From a phage: 64,000 nucleotides of DNA. Every line of letters starts with the position of its first letter. The stretch's first letter is position 1. The notes under the pieces are model-generated. The model had not been told where the DNA came from. It searched no databases and worked only from the letters and a program-made list of their open reading frames with translations. Both the position numbers and the translations under genes were made by a program. This document shows positions 38,893 to 47,193 of this stretch, piece by piece. The stretch is from the sequence record PV467749.1. One strand, 5' to 3'.

Positions 38893-39150
38893 TTATGAAA
38901 TATCTTCGATGTAGTCGGCCCATTTCATTTTTTCAGTACTGTCAATGGCGACCGGATTATTTGGATCAAACCATTCACCATCACCGCAATACATACCCAC
39001 GGCTACGGTTTTATAGCCATCCTGGGCAGTACACCACGACATTGCACGATAGATATGGCCTTTAACTGGTTGCAGTACTGGTAACGTTTTATGGTCTTCT
39101 ACGTAGGCCATAGCTTGTGGATTTACCCGATATTGTGTGAACTGATCCAT
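38893..39150 (-). CDS. hypothetical protein
   Basis: 85 aa. Confidence 0.5.
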   Translation of the reverse strand: MDQFTQYRVNPQAMAYVEDHKTLPVLQPVKGHIYRAMSWCTAQDGYKTVAVGMYCGDGEWFDPNNPVAIDSTEKMKWADYIEDIS

Positions 39151-39226
39151 TATGTTTCCCCTTGTAGTTAGTAAAGTTATTACATCAGTACTATCAAGCT
39201 ATGTCAATAGTACTGAAATAAAACTT

Positions 39227-39451
39227 TTAGATTAGATTATTGAGGCCGTCAATGGTAGACTCACCTTCTTCTTTCTCCCATTGTCGGTAGTACTTCCATG
39301 CTTCATGATAGGTGGCGATTAGTTCATCTTTTTGATCCTGGTTACATGCCAGTACTGAATCACGGTGAGCGGTGTTATAGATAGAATCGAATGATTTCTT
39401 CTCTTCTGCCAGGTTAGCTACTTCCCGCATCAGTTCATCAAAGTTAGCCAT
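39227..39451 (-). CDS. hypothetical small protein
   Basis: 74 aa; promoter and hairpin upstream. Confidence 0.5.
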   Translation of the reverse strand: MANFDELMREVANLAEEKKSFDSIYNTAHRDSVLACNQDQKDELIATYHEAWKYYRQWEKEEGESTIDGLNNLI

Positions 39452-39518
39452 TTTATTACTCCTTTTAGTGGGGGAGGATATCTCCCCCTATGCAAAACAT
39501 TATACTTTGTTTTAGTTA

Positions 39519-39782
39519 TTATGCAAGTACTTTTTTCATATAAACATTAAATTCTACACCGCCGTAACCTTCCACGATGATATGTTTTGCGTTATCACGT
39601 TTGCACATAGTGAAACCGTTGTTGATGTGTTCTGAATTTTCCAGGGCGACATCACCGATAGCGGCACATACAGCACTAATAACAGTATTCCGCAAAGTAC
39701 TGGTATCATTGGCGGTCATAGTAGTTTGCAGTACTACGTTGTCGTATACGTGTGCATTGATAGTGATTTCGATAGTGTTCAT
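39519..39782 (-). CDS. hypothetical protein
   Basis: 87 aa from ATG 39780-39782 (AGGAG SD); track N-terminus MFYIERGKWF is promoter and hairpin sequence. Confidence 0.55.
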   Translation of the reverse strand: MNTIEITINAHVYDNVVLQTTMTANDTSTLRNTVISAVCAAIGDVALENSEHINNGFTMCKRDNAKHIIVEGYGGVEFNVYMKKVLA

Positions 39783-39869
39783 GTTGTATCTCCTGGACTT
39801 GAGGGGAAACCATTTCCCCCTCTCGATATAAAACATTATACGTTAATCTAACTACAATGCAAGTACTTT

Positions 39870-40061
39870 TTAAATTTTATTTCCGATATAGTCCGGCATG
39901 TTCTTTTCAGTCATACGCTTTGCTAATGTCTGCATATGGCTTATAGCGTTCAAGGTGTCTTCCTCCAGGGATGAATCGAGATAATCAGGATCATTCTTCA
40001 CCTTGCAATGATTATGATAGCGTAGTACTGCCAGTACTTTTTTAACTTCTTCAACTGTCAT
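39870..40061 (-). CDS. hypothetical small protein
   Basis: 63 aa; ATGA overlap with upstream gene. Confidence 0.5.
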   Translation of the reverse strand: MTVEEVKKVLAVLRYHNHCKVKNDPDYLDSSLEEDTLNAISHMQTLAKRMTEKNMPDYIGNKI

Positions 40062-40330
40062 AATAAGTACTCCACTTCGTTAGCTTTCAGGTTAGTATCA
40101 ATCATCAATGGTTTTTTGTAGTTCACAAAACGATTAGTTTTTTCGATAGCAAATCCCATATAATCCAGCTTACTAACAGTACATTCATTCTTAAAAACTT
40201 CTTTCGCTGCATCGATGGCTGATTGCATGGATAACCGACCATCTAAATTAATGTTTCCAAATGATCCACCAGCAGAAGTAGGATTACCGTTCATATCTTT
40301 AATGATCATAGTAGCGGAGTAGCTGGACAT
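40058..40330 (-). CDS. hypothetical protein
   Basis: 90 aa; PeSL cassette upstream. Confidence 0.55.
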   Translation of the reverse strand: MSSYSATMIIKDMNGNPTSAGGSFGNINLDGRLSMQSAIDAAKEVFKNECTVSKLDYMGFAIEKTNRFVNYKKPLMIDTNLKANEVEYLL

Positions 40331-40352
40331 AATTTTGTTTCCTTTTATTGGT

Positions 40353-40411
40353 GGGGAGAACTATTCTCCCCTTGATGTAAACTATTATACAGTACTGATA
40401 TACTTTGTCAA
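40353..40411 (-). promoter_or_regulatory. promoter plus stem-loop cassette (PeSL-like)
   Basis: TTGACA 40406-40411, 16 bp spacer, TATAAT 40384-40389, then hairpin GGGGAGA-actat-TCTCCCC 40353-40371. Confidence 0.55.
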
Positions 40412-40417
40412 ATACTT

Positions 40418-40825
40418 TTATTCGCCCATATAGATTAGATTATCATCGCCTACATAGGGATCGCAAACGTTGATTTCTTCGCAGTACTTAGTGAATATAT
40501 CATCATAGTGACCGATATCACGATCCCAAAAACCAGTGCCGTGACCTTCGCGAGTAAGAAAGAGATCATGACCTGCATGACTATAAGTATAATCAGGATT
40601 ATGGTGTTTTTGTACTGTTTCCATATCTTCACCATGTACAGCAAGGAAACGTGAACATGCAATCACTGCCGCTTGATGGGCTTGCTCTGATAATTCATAA
40701 TCTTCCAGGTATTCGCCGTTCTCATTGTGTACTGTACTGAATTGCATAGCTTCAATGTAACCAGCGACCATTGCAGCATGATTTTTATCGTTGGCGATGG
40801 ACCGAGCTTGATTAGTAGTAGTCAT
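40418..40825 (-). CDS. hypothetical protein
   Basis: 135 aa; His-rich motif GHDLFLTREGHGTGFWDRDIGHYDD. Confidence 0.55.
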   Translation of the reverse strand: MTTTNQARSIANDKNHAAMVAGYIEAMQFSTVHNENGEYLEDYELSEQAHQAAVIACSRFLAVHGEDMETVQKHHNPDYTYSHAGHDLFLTREGHGTGFWDRDIGHYDDIFTKYCEEINVCDPYVGDDNLIYMGE

Positions 40826-40846
40826 GATTTTATTCCTTTTAGTATC

Positions 40847-40905
40847 GGGGAGAACTATTCTCCCCTTGATGTAAACTATTATACAGTACTGGTATACTTT
40901 GTCAA
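40847..40905 (-). promoter_or_regulatory. promoter plus stem-loop cassette (PeSL-like)
   Basis: Identical architecture to 40353-40411. Confidence 0.55.
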
Positions 40906-40908
40906 TAC

Positions 40909-41130
40909 TTAATTACGTTTAAAATGATATGTACCTTTATCATCCTGTACGCCCCATACTGATTTACCATTTAAACCAGTGAAGCCGGATTGTAATTCAA
41001 TATGGAAACCATTATTATCAACTACAAAAACTTTTTTATTTTCATCCCGATAGCATTGATATTCTTCACCTGCTTTAAATGCTGCATCATTCAGAAGATT
41101 TGAAGCGTGAACGCAGGTCATAGTAGTCAT
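40909..41130 (-). CDS. hypothetical small protein
   Basis: 73 aa from ATG 41128-41130; track ORF extended through promoter. Confidence 0.5.
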   Translation of the reverse strand: MTTMTCVHASNLLNDAAFKAGEEYQCYRDENKKVFVVDNNGFHIELQSGFTGLNGKSVWGVQDDKGTYHFKRN

Positions 41131-41317
41131 CGTCTTGATTCCTTTTAGTACTAGGGAGAACCATTTCCCCCTCTCGATATAAAACATTATACGCTCATTG
41201 AGATAGTTTGCAAGTACTTTTTTAAAAATAGTTTTCAGTACTGAATACTTATATAATAGATACACTTCCGCACCCTATGGGTCAGTGAGTTATCTCTCAA
41301 TGGATATATAATAGCAA

Positions 41318-41341
41318 AGGGACTGACCGGAGTCAATCCCT
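41318..41341. terminator. bidirectional terminator inside repeated intergenic cassette
   Basis: Same hairpin as 38561-38584, followed by T6; 3' of kinase-like gene. Confidence 0.5.
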
Positions 41342-41354
41342 TTTTTAATCTTTT

Positions 41355-41939
41355 TTATCGTGTTACCTTACTTGCTGCCACATCACGCTTTTTATAGTAC
41401 TGATTCCAGATATTGCAGGTTAAACCGTAATCAAGTACTTTAATAAGGCCATTACGATCCTGGCCGATATTCTGTTTTCTGATATCTCTTATCGTTAGTG
41501 TTGATAATGTATCATCGACGTGTTGTAGTGCATCAGCAAAGCGGTGCTGGCGTTCGATTGCATTACGTTTAATATTGTACTTTAATTCATTGCACGCGTT
41601 TACGTGCTTCACACTACCTTTGCTTGCAGTACTCAACCGATCCATAACGATAAACATATTATCAGGATCGCATAAATGCATATGCACCTTTGCAAAGTAC
41701 TGTTTCAACTGAGGGCGGTCATAGTCTAAAAAATTCCATACCTTACATTCAGTTTCATTTTGTTCTACACCCGCATCACAATTCGCGACCTTAATCACTA
41801 ACCGATCATTTAAAGCGAAAACTATACGGGAAGAACCAGCACCGATGATCTCCAGGCCAGCTAACCGACAAGCTGAAAGGATCTCTTTGTTGGTTTCCAT
41901 TTCTGACAGTGTACGGATGAATTTAGTATAATTACGCAT
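41355..41939 (-). CDS. protein kinase-like protein (minimal ePK/RIO/KdoK-like fold)
   Basis: 194 aa from ATG 41937-41939 (AAGGAG SD); motifs in order IIGAGSSRIVF, VIKV, RDIRKQN, VLDYG. Confidence 0.5.
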   Translation of the reverse strand: MRNYTKFIRTLSEMETNKEILSACRLAGLEIIGAGSSRIVFALNDRLVIKVANCDAGVEQNETECKVWNFLDYDRPQLKQYFAKVHMHLCDPDNMFIVMDRLSTASKGSVKHVNACNELKYNIKRNAIERQHRFADALQHVDDTLSTLTIRDIRKQNIGQDRNGLIKVLDYGLTCNIWNQYYKKRDVAASKVTR

Positions 41940-41970
41940 TGCATGTTCTCCTTGAGTTAATGAAACTATA

Positions 41971-42213
41971 TTACAGTACTTTACTATCAATGGCAACTAC
42001 TTTTTTAACATTAACGGCGTGGATCACTTCCTTCGTGTTTTTAGTACTGAATACTTTCGCCGCTCCTTGTTCGACCGTGATACGATAGCGACCATTAACA
42101 TCAACCATATTAATAAAGTCCGGCGTGCTGAATGGTGTTGTTTTACATTTGAGTACTGTTAACAGTTCCACCAGCGATGTAGTTTCTTTGATACGTTTTT
42201 CTAAAGTAATCAT
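41971..42213 (-). CDS. hypothetical protein
   Basis: 80 aa from ATG 42211-42213; upstream leader duplicated at 42490-42546. Confidence 0.5.
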   Translation of the reverse strand: MITLEKRIKETTSLVELLTVLKCKTTPFSTPDFINMVDVNGRYRITVEQGAAKVFSTKNTKEVIHAVNVKKVVAIDSKVL

Positions 42214-42270
42214 TTTGTTTCCCCCGTGTTGGTATGTACATATAGTACTAAAACATTTGAGTACTGTCAA

Positions 42271-42489
42271 TTAGATAATATTATATTTCTTAAAATAAAA
42301 TGCGTCCTGTGTTGGTTGATACTCAATTCCATTGCCGTTATTGACTTCAACTAATAAACCTTTGTCAATAAGTTTTTTAATAGTACGATACCCTTGTTGA
42401 AAATTGGTAAAATGTGAATCATTACGAAAGGTATAACCGTGCTTAACTGCTTCATCAATAGTTTTCTTTTCGATTTTAGATAATTTCAT
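42271..42489 (-). CDS. hypothetical small protein
   Basis: 72 aa from ATG 42487-42489; promoter TTGACA-17-TACTAT upstream. Confidence 0.5.
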   Translation of the reverse strand: MKLSKIEKKTIDEAVKHGYTFRNDSHFTNFQQGYRTIKKLIDKGLLVEVNNGNGIEYQPTQDAFYFKKYNII

Positions 42490-42542
42490 TTTGTTTCTCC
42501 CGTGTTGGTATGTGTACATAGTACTAAAACATTTGAGTACTG

Positions 42543-42797
42543 TCAACGTGATATTAGTTTTATTTTCTTATTGTATTGTTGATGCTCATAAAGGTTTATC
42601 TTTCCTGTGTTCTCGATTACTATCCTGTTGTTAGTGTCCACGTCGATTACACGCAGTTTCCCGTTGCTTAACTTCCTAGGTAATAGGTTACCATTAATAA
42701 ACTCATTAGCAAGCTGTACGGCCTTTGTGATGATTCTCTGAGGTGCTTTATAGTGTACCCGTAAGATGTTATCTTTATATAGTTGAACCTTAATCAT
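42543..42797 (-). CDS. hypothetical protein
   Basis: 84 aa. Confidence 0.5.
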   Translation of the reverse strand: MIKVQLYKDNILRVHYKAPQRIITKAVQLANEFINGNLLPRKLSNGKLRVIDVDTNNRIVIENTGKINLYEHQQYNKKIKLISR

Positions 42798-42804
42798 TTT
42801 GTTT

Positions 42805-42836
42805 GTCCGATAAAAAAGGCGGGAACTGATCCCGCC
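42805..42836 (-). terminator. intrinsic terminator
   Basis: Hairpin GGCGGGA-actga-TCCCGCC 42818-42836 with U-run on minus RNA; 3' of gene 42859-43254. Confidence 0.55.
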
Positions 42837-42858
42837 GTGTTGTTAGTACTGCAAGTTA

Positions 42859-43254
42859 TTAGATAACCTGGCGGCGTTTACTGTATACTGTTACACGATT
42901 ACCCTTACGATCATGTCGGATCTCTTTCTGGTTGCGAATCAGTTCACTTGGACGCTTAAGGTTTGCCAGGTGATCCGCGTGAGTCCATGCGGTGTGGTTT
43001 ACCTGTACTTTGATATCAGAATCAGCGATAAACTCATCTTGTGCGTCAAGTATTGCCGCCAGCATATCCGCTCGTTTTAGTTCTGCTGCTGTCAGTACTG
43101 GCTCAGGTGAATTCACAATATCAGAGATTTCTTTGAACTGTACGGCCCAGCGTTGACCTTTCGGTGCATCTTTGCCCATGTCTTTAAATGCTGCTCCTTC
43201 CTCGCGTGCAACAATACGGGCAGCTTCACGGGTAGCGTAGAATTTAGTAATCAT
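42859..43254 (-). CDS. hypothetical protein, paralog of 54841-55107
   Basis: 131 aa; shared N-terminal YFATRE.AR..AR..GA.FKDMG and C-terminal DRKGNRVTVY. Confidence 0.55.
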   Translation of the reverse strand: MITKFYATREAARIVAREEGAAFKDMGKDAPKGQRWAVQFKEISDIVNSPEPVLTAAELKRADMLAAILDAQDEFIADSDIKVQVNHTAWTHADHLANLKRPSELIRNQKEIRHDRKGNRVTVYSKRRQVI

Positions 43255-43349
43255 GGTATACATCCTATTAGTTAAGTTAGTACTACAAGTTAGAGTCTAT
43301 TATAAAGTACTATCTGGACAGTGTCAAATAGTACTTTAAATGGATTCTA

Positions 43350-43673
43350 TTACATGTCTTTCTTACGTTTTACATCGTGGTAGCGAACTGTAATTTCTTT
43401 GTTGATCTCTTCCTCGATGCGGTGAATAACTTTTTCTTTCGGGTTGAAACCTATAACGGTTTCTTTAATGATCTCCAAGCCCGTGTATTCGCCTTGTGTA
43501 CCGTAACCGTATGTAAAGGTTTCGTGTCCCAGGTCTTCCCAGCGATCACCAATCAATGCGGACACGTAGCAGGAGTGGTAAGTATTGCCGTGGCTATCAG
43601 TCCACCGATTAACTTTAATGTCAAAGGAGGTTACAATTTTCAGTTCTACTTTCTGGGTAAGGATCATAGCCAT
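43350..43673 (-). CDS. hypothetical protein, paralog of 49861-50184
   Basis: 107 aa; shared RWTDS.GNTYHSC.VS and TYGY; C-terminal VKRKKD. Confidence 0.55.
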   Translation of the reverse strand: MAMILTQKVELKIVTSFDIKVNRWTDSHGNTYHSCYVSALIGDRWEDLGHETFTYGYGTQGEYTGLEIIKETVIGFNPKEKVIHRIEEEINKEITVRYHDVKRKKDM

Positions 43674-43696
43674 TTTTATTTCTCTCTCTTTGTTAG

Positions 43697-43757
43697 GAGG
43701 GGAACCATTCCCCTCGCTTGATGTAAACTATTATACAGTACTAAGATACTTTGTCAA
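43697..43757 (-). promoter_or_regulatory. promoter plus stem-loop cassette (PeSL-like)
   Basis: TTGACA 43752-43757, TATAAT 43730-43735, hairpin GAGGGGAA-cca-TTCCCCTC 43697-43715. Confidence 0.55.
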
Positions 43758-43760
43758 TAC

Positions 43761-43943
43761 TTATTTTTTGGAAAGTTTACGCATTAATTCTACGCTTTCT
43801 TGTGAACGTTTTGCTACCTGGCAAGCTGTATGGGCAGTAAACATTTTTGTATAGTCTGACGCTTTGCCACCGAACCGAGCGGCACGTTCACGGGCACTTG
43901 GAACTAATACTATTTCTTTCTTGCAGATAGTGCACTTAGCCAT
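43761..43943 (-). CDS. hypothetical small protein
   Basis: 60 aa; cysteines CTIC and C at 40. Confidence 0.45.
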   Translation of the reverse strand: MAKCTICKKEIVLVPSARERAARFGGKASDYTKMFTAHTACQVAKRSQESVELMRKLSKK

Positions 43944-43966
43944 TTTTATTTCTCTCTTTTAGTTAG

Positions 43967-44026
43967 GAGGGGAACCATTCCCCCTCTCGATGTAAACTAT
44001 TATACAGTACTAAGATACTTTGTCAA
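43967..44026 (-). promoter_or_regulatory. promoter plus stem-loop cassette (PeSL-like)
   Basis: Near-duplicate of 43697-43757. Confidence 0.55.
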
Positions 44027-44029
44027 TAC

Positions 44030-44305
44030 TTAAGTATTGTAAATGTCGTGAATAGTGATAAAGTTTTTACGACCGTAAACATGTAAATCAGTATCAATGT
44101 AGTGCTTATCAAGTACATCATCGACGCTTAAAGACGTGTCGTGAATATCTTCATAAAATTGTGGATCAACAATCGTGCTTAAGTCATCTGGCGTTAACTT
44201 ATCGTTAAGGCATTGAACCGCCTGGATATCTGCTTCACGTTTCCATTGTTCCAGATTAGTAGTCAGTACTTGCTCGATTTCGTTAGCTGTAAGTAAAGTC
44301 CGCAT
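44030..44305 (-). CDS. hypothetical protein
   Basis: 91 aa. Confidence 0.5.
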   Translation of the reverse strand: MRTLLTANEIEQVLTTNLEQWKREADIQAVQCLNDKLTPDDLSTIVDPQFYEDIHDTSLSVDDVLDKHYIDTDLHVYGRKNFITIHDIYNT

Positions 44306-44374
44306 TTTAATGTTTCCTTATCAGTGGTTGATGTAAGTATTATACTCGTTTACTTTCTATTGTCAAACTATTTT

Positions 44375-44447
44375 ATCAGGGGAGTTTTTCGTATGTCTTA
44401 CTCCTGGACTACTTAACGGGGTTACTTATTTCGTTCCCCGTCCTGAT
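44375..44447 (-). ncRNA. candidate structured RNA element between tandem promoters (copy 1)
   Basis: 73 nt, outer stem ATCAGG/CCTGAT, inner hairpin CGGGG..CCCCG; second copy at 54161-54235 with compensatory stem changes. Confidence 0.3.
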
Positions 44448-44582
44448 GTAAAACATTATACTTGATTCTAAGTACAATGCAAGTACTTTTTAAAAATAGT
44501 TTTCAGTACTAGCCACCAGTAAACAATAGATACATTTATGCACCCGGTGGGCTGATTTGTTTCTATGCGTATATAATAGCAA

Positions 44583-44606
44583 AGGGACTGACCGGAGTCA
44601 ATCCCT
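44583..44606. terminator. bidirectional terminator inside repeated intergenic cassette
   Basis: Same hairpin as 38561-38584, T5 follows. Confidence 0.5.
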
Positions 44607-44619
44607 TTTTCAATTATTT

Positions 44620-44769
44620 TTAAACTTCTTTCGGGTTGCGATATGTGATAGCGTTCGGGTACATTTGTTTAATGTTATTCCATGCCTGGTTAACATTATA
44701 ACCACTTGATCGAATCAGTTGGTTATTACCGACACCTTGAAACACTACTTCAAATAAGAATTCTTTCAT
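44620..44769 (-). CDS. hypothetical small protein (below ORF-track cutoff)
   Basis: 49 aa ORF read by hand (MKEFLFEVVFQGVGNNQ...); ATGA overlap with stop of upstream gene. Confidence 0.35.
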   Translation of the reverse strand: MKEFLFEVVFQGVGNNQLIRSSGYNVNQAWNNIKQMYPNAITYRNPKEV

Positions 44770-44939
44770 GCTTTCACCTCGCTATCTGCTTTGCCTTTAC
44801 GCCAGGCCGTTGCTAATTGTTCGCGTTGCCATAAGTCGAGTGATACGTAAAGTTTTGCATTATCACCCTTCGGATATTCGCCAGTAGTACCAATCCGATA
44901 AAACAGATCTTTCAGTACTGTTAATTCTACCTGGACCAT
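44766..44939 (-). CDS. hypothetical small protein
   Basis: 57 aa from ATG 44937-44939; track ORF extended through promoter. Confidence 0.45.
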   Translation of the reverse strand: MVQVELTVLKDLFYRIGTTGEYPKGDNAKLYVSLDLWQREQLATAWRKGKADSEVKA

Positions 44940-45026
44940 TATACTTTCCTCTTTGTTCGGAGGGGAACTATTCCCCTTCCGATATAAAACATTATACACT
45001 TTATTCAGTACTGTGCAAGTACTTTT

Positions 45027-45239
45027 TTAATCTTTCAGCCAATGATCCTGAATGAATTTTTCACCGGAACCTTGCTGCATTGATTGTAACAGACGTTCGC
45101 GATGAGCGGCGGCGAATTGCTCAGTACTATGCGTTACACCTGGTTGATATCTGGATTCACCATTGGGGGCGATGTATTGTACATCCCACGGTTTTTCGTT
45201 AGTATCAGACCATTTACGAACGATTAGTTGACCTTGCAT
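45027..45239 (-). CDS. hypothetical small protein
   Basis: 70 aa; PeSL cassette upstream. Confidence 0.5.
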   Translation of the reverse strand: MQGQLIVRKWSDTNEKPWDVQYIAPNGESRYQPGVTHSTEQFAAAHRERLLQSMQQGSGEKFIQDHWLKD

Positions 45240-45324
45240 TTTTCTTTCCTCTTAGTGGGGAGAATCATTTCTCCCCTTCATGTAAACTATTATACAGTAC
45301 TATAATCTATTGTCCAGTACTTTT

Positions 45325-45513
45325 TTACAGTTTATGAATCAATTCTTTATCTAAGCGATAGCGTACATTATTAATGGTAACAGCATTATTTTTAATGCTA
45401 CGCTGTACGGGTCCACCAGCAATAACAAACGTTGCTTTATTGCCCCGAACAATGATAGCACTTCCAGGATTACCGAAATCATCTTGTACTAAAATACTTG
45501 ATAAGTTTTCCAT
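45325..45513 (-). CDS. hypothetical small protein
   Basis: 62 aa; promoter and GGGGAA..TTCCCC hairpin upstream. Confidence 0.5.
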   Translation of the reverse strand: MENLSSILVQDDFGNPGSAIIVRGNKATFVIAGGPVQRSIKNNAVTINNVRYRLDKELIHKL

Positions 45514-45591
45514 TTTTATTTCCTCTTAGTAGGGGAAGATGTTTCCCCTTGATGCAAGTACTATAACAGTACTGAAAACTAAATGCAAGTA

Positions 45592-45948
45592 CTATGATAA
45601 AATCATGATAGGATATTCACTATCGATCAGTACCTCGAATCCGAATCCTTCGTACCATTCTTTAAGATTAAAGGCGTTATCTTCTCCCGTATCGCATTCT
45701 AAGATGATACAATCTGAATCATCGGCGGCATCGATAAAGGCATTCATTAATTCGTTACCTTCACCATTGCCCCGACTATCAGGATCAACATAAAGAGAAT
45801 CAATAAACGCTACACGGTCATAATCAAGATCCGGTGCAATGATTCCACGTTTAACAAACCAGTACTGCAATTGTGCTACTTTGCCCTGTACTTGATAACC
45901 AGTGATCTCGCCATTGTCAGTAGTACGCGTGATATGTTGTATTCCCAT
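45592..45948 (-). CDS. GNAT-family acetyltransferase-like protein
   Basis: 118 aa; motif A-like VDPDSRGNGEGNELMNAF and C-terminal EGFGFEV. Confidence 0.5.
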   Translation of the reverse strand: MGIQHITRTTDNGEITGYQVQGKVAQLQYWFVKRGIIAPDLDYDRVAFIDSLYVDPDSRGNGEGNELMNAFIDAADDSDCIILECDTGEDNAFNLKEWYEGFGFEVLIDSEYPIMILS

Positions 45949-46011
45949 GATTTCAATCCTCAGTTAAGATATAAAACATTATACACTACTGGATAGTACT
46001 GTCAATACTTT

Positions 46012-46269
46012 TTATCTCATAGATCTATGCCAACAATTACGCGGATCTCTTTTAAAAGTACTATCATGATCCTCCTGGCAAGTAATACAATACATGCACC
46101 CTATAACGGCCTGGCGTCGATTCTCAGGGATTTTATCGCCGCAGTCGAGGCAATGTACTAGTGATTCTCTTTGTGCGTTAATTTGCTTTCTAGCGTGGTT
46201 AACGGCGGCCTGAATCACTGCGTTAATCTCGTCTTGCTCGGCCCCATCTTTCGCGAATCCTACTGCCAT
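46012..46269 (-). CDS. TraR/DksA-family C4 zinc-finger protein
   Basis: 85 aa; CLDCGDKIPENRRQAVIGCMYCITCQE matches C-x2-CG-x2-IP-x2-RR and C-x2-CQ. Confidence 0.6.
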   Translation of the reverse strand: MAVGFAKDGAEQDEINAVIQAAVNHARKQINAQRESLVHCLDCGDKIPENRRQAVIGCMYCITCQEDHDSTFKRDPRNCWHRSMR

Positions 46270-46430
46270 TATTTTAACCTCATTATAAAAATACTATAGT
46301 ACTGTAATGCTACAATAATACTACTAGTGTTTATCTTATTCAAACCATATGATACTACATATCCACCAGCATTACCACGGATAGTAACGCCTTTGTACTG
46401 TCTATATAAATTCAACTGCGTATATTGCCT

Positions 46431-46503
46431 TTGATCAAGAATTGATCAGAATTATACTCCTTATGCTAAATTGATCCAGTACTTTTTTGATCATTTATTG
46501 ATC
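46431..46503. repeat. GATC / TGATCA cluster
   Basis: Five GATC sites within 73 bp inside a 290-bp non-coding leader. Confidence 0.5.
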
Positions 46504-46605
46504 GATATTATATAGTTACATTTGTGCACCCTATGGGTTAGTGACGTTCTCGTCTTGATGTAAGTATTATGCCAGTACTGGCATTGTATGTCAACAATTA
46601 TTTTC

Positions 46606-46643
46606 AAAAAAAGAAAAAGCCCACCAGCGTTAACCAGTGGGCT
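46606..46643 (-). terminator. intrinsic terminator
   Basis: Hairpin AGCCCAC..GTGGGCT 46618-46643 with long U-rich tail on minus RNA. Confidence 0.45.
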
Positions 46644-46649
46644 ATAATC

Positions 46650-46793
46650 TTACATCTTGCGGATAATCTTAACAGTATCTTTCACCGATTTACCGTTTTG
46701 CTGACATTGCTCGATCATTGCGTATTGTTCTGCGGTCAGATCCTCGCCAGTTTTTGCCAGTACTGCATCGATGAATGAATCCAGTGCGATCAT
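46650..46793 (-). CDS. hypothetical small protein (below ORF-track cutoff)
   Basis: 47 aa ORF read by hand (MIALDSFIDAVLAKTGEDL...), terminator immediately 3'. Confidence 0.4.
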   Translation of the reverse strand: MIALDSFIDAVLAKTGEDLTAEQYAMIEQCQQNGKSVKDTVKIIRKM

Positions 46794-46884
46794 TTTGTTT
46801 CTCTCTTATGTTAAGTTAACTACTGTTTATAAAACTTATTATACAGTACTATCAAACTATGTCAATAGTACTGGTAATATATTT

Positions 46885-47097
46885 TTAGTTAATGATAGTC
46901 AGTGTAAAATTGTAATCACCTGCCTGGTATAGTACTTTGTCGCCGAACGTTCCAACACGTTTCATATTGCAATAGATACCCATAACACTTTTTACATCTT
47001 TGATATTCCGAACGCCAGTAATATCCTTGTTTAAATGATCGTGATCAGAAAATAAAACTTGTTTTGCATTTTTCAGTACAGTGCAGATATTAGCCAT
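46885..47097 (-). CDS. hypothetical small protein
   Basis: 70 aa; PeSL cassette upstream. Confidence 0.5.
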   Translation of the reverse strand: MANICTVLKNAKQVLFSDHDHLNKDITGVRNIKDVKSVMGIYCNMKRVGTFGDKVLYQAGDYNFTLTIIN

Positions 47098-47193
47098 TTT
47101 GTTTTCTCTCTCTGTTAGTGGGGAGAAGTTTTTCTCCCCTTGATGTAAACTATTATACAGTACTATAATCTATTGTCAAACTATTTTTTTATA

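Noticed and set aside
39519-39836. N-terminal extensions in track ORFs such as MFYIERGKWF (39519-39836, 40909-41265, 50503-50787), MYNVLHREG (37533-37997, 44766-44999, 55529-56032) and MTVLKCFST (41971-42270, 42271-42546)
   Set aside because: These peptides are translations of the conserved promoter -10 and hairpin sequence; the real starts are the downstream ATGs that follow the SD, so the CDS were trimmed.
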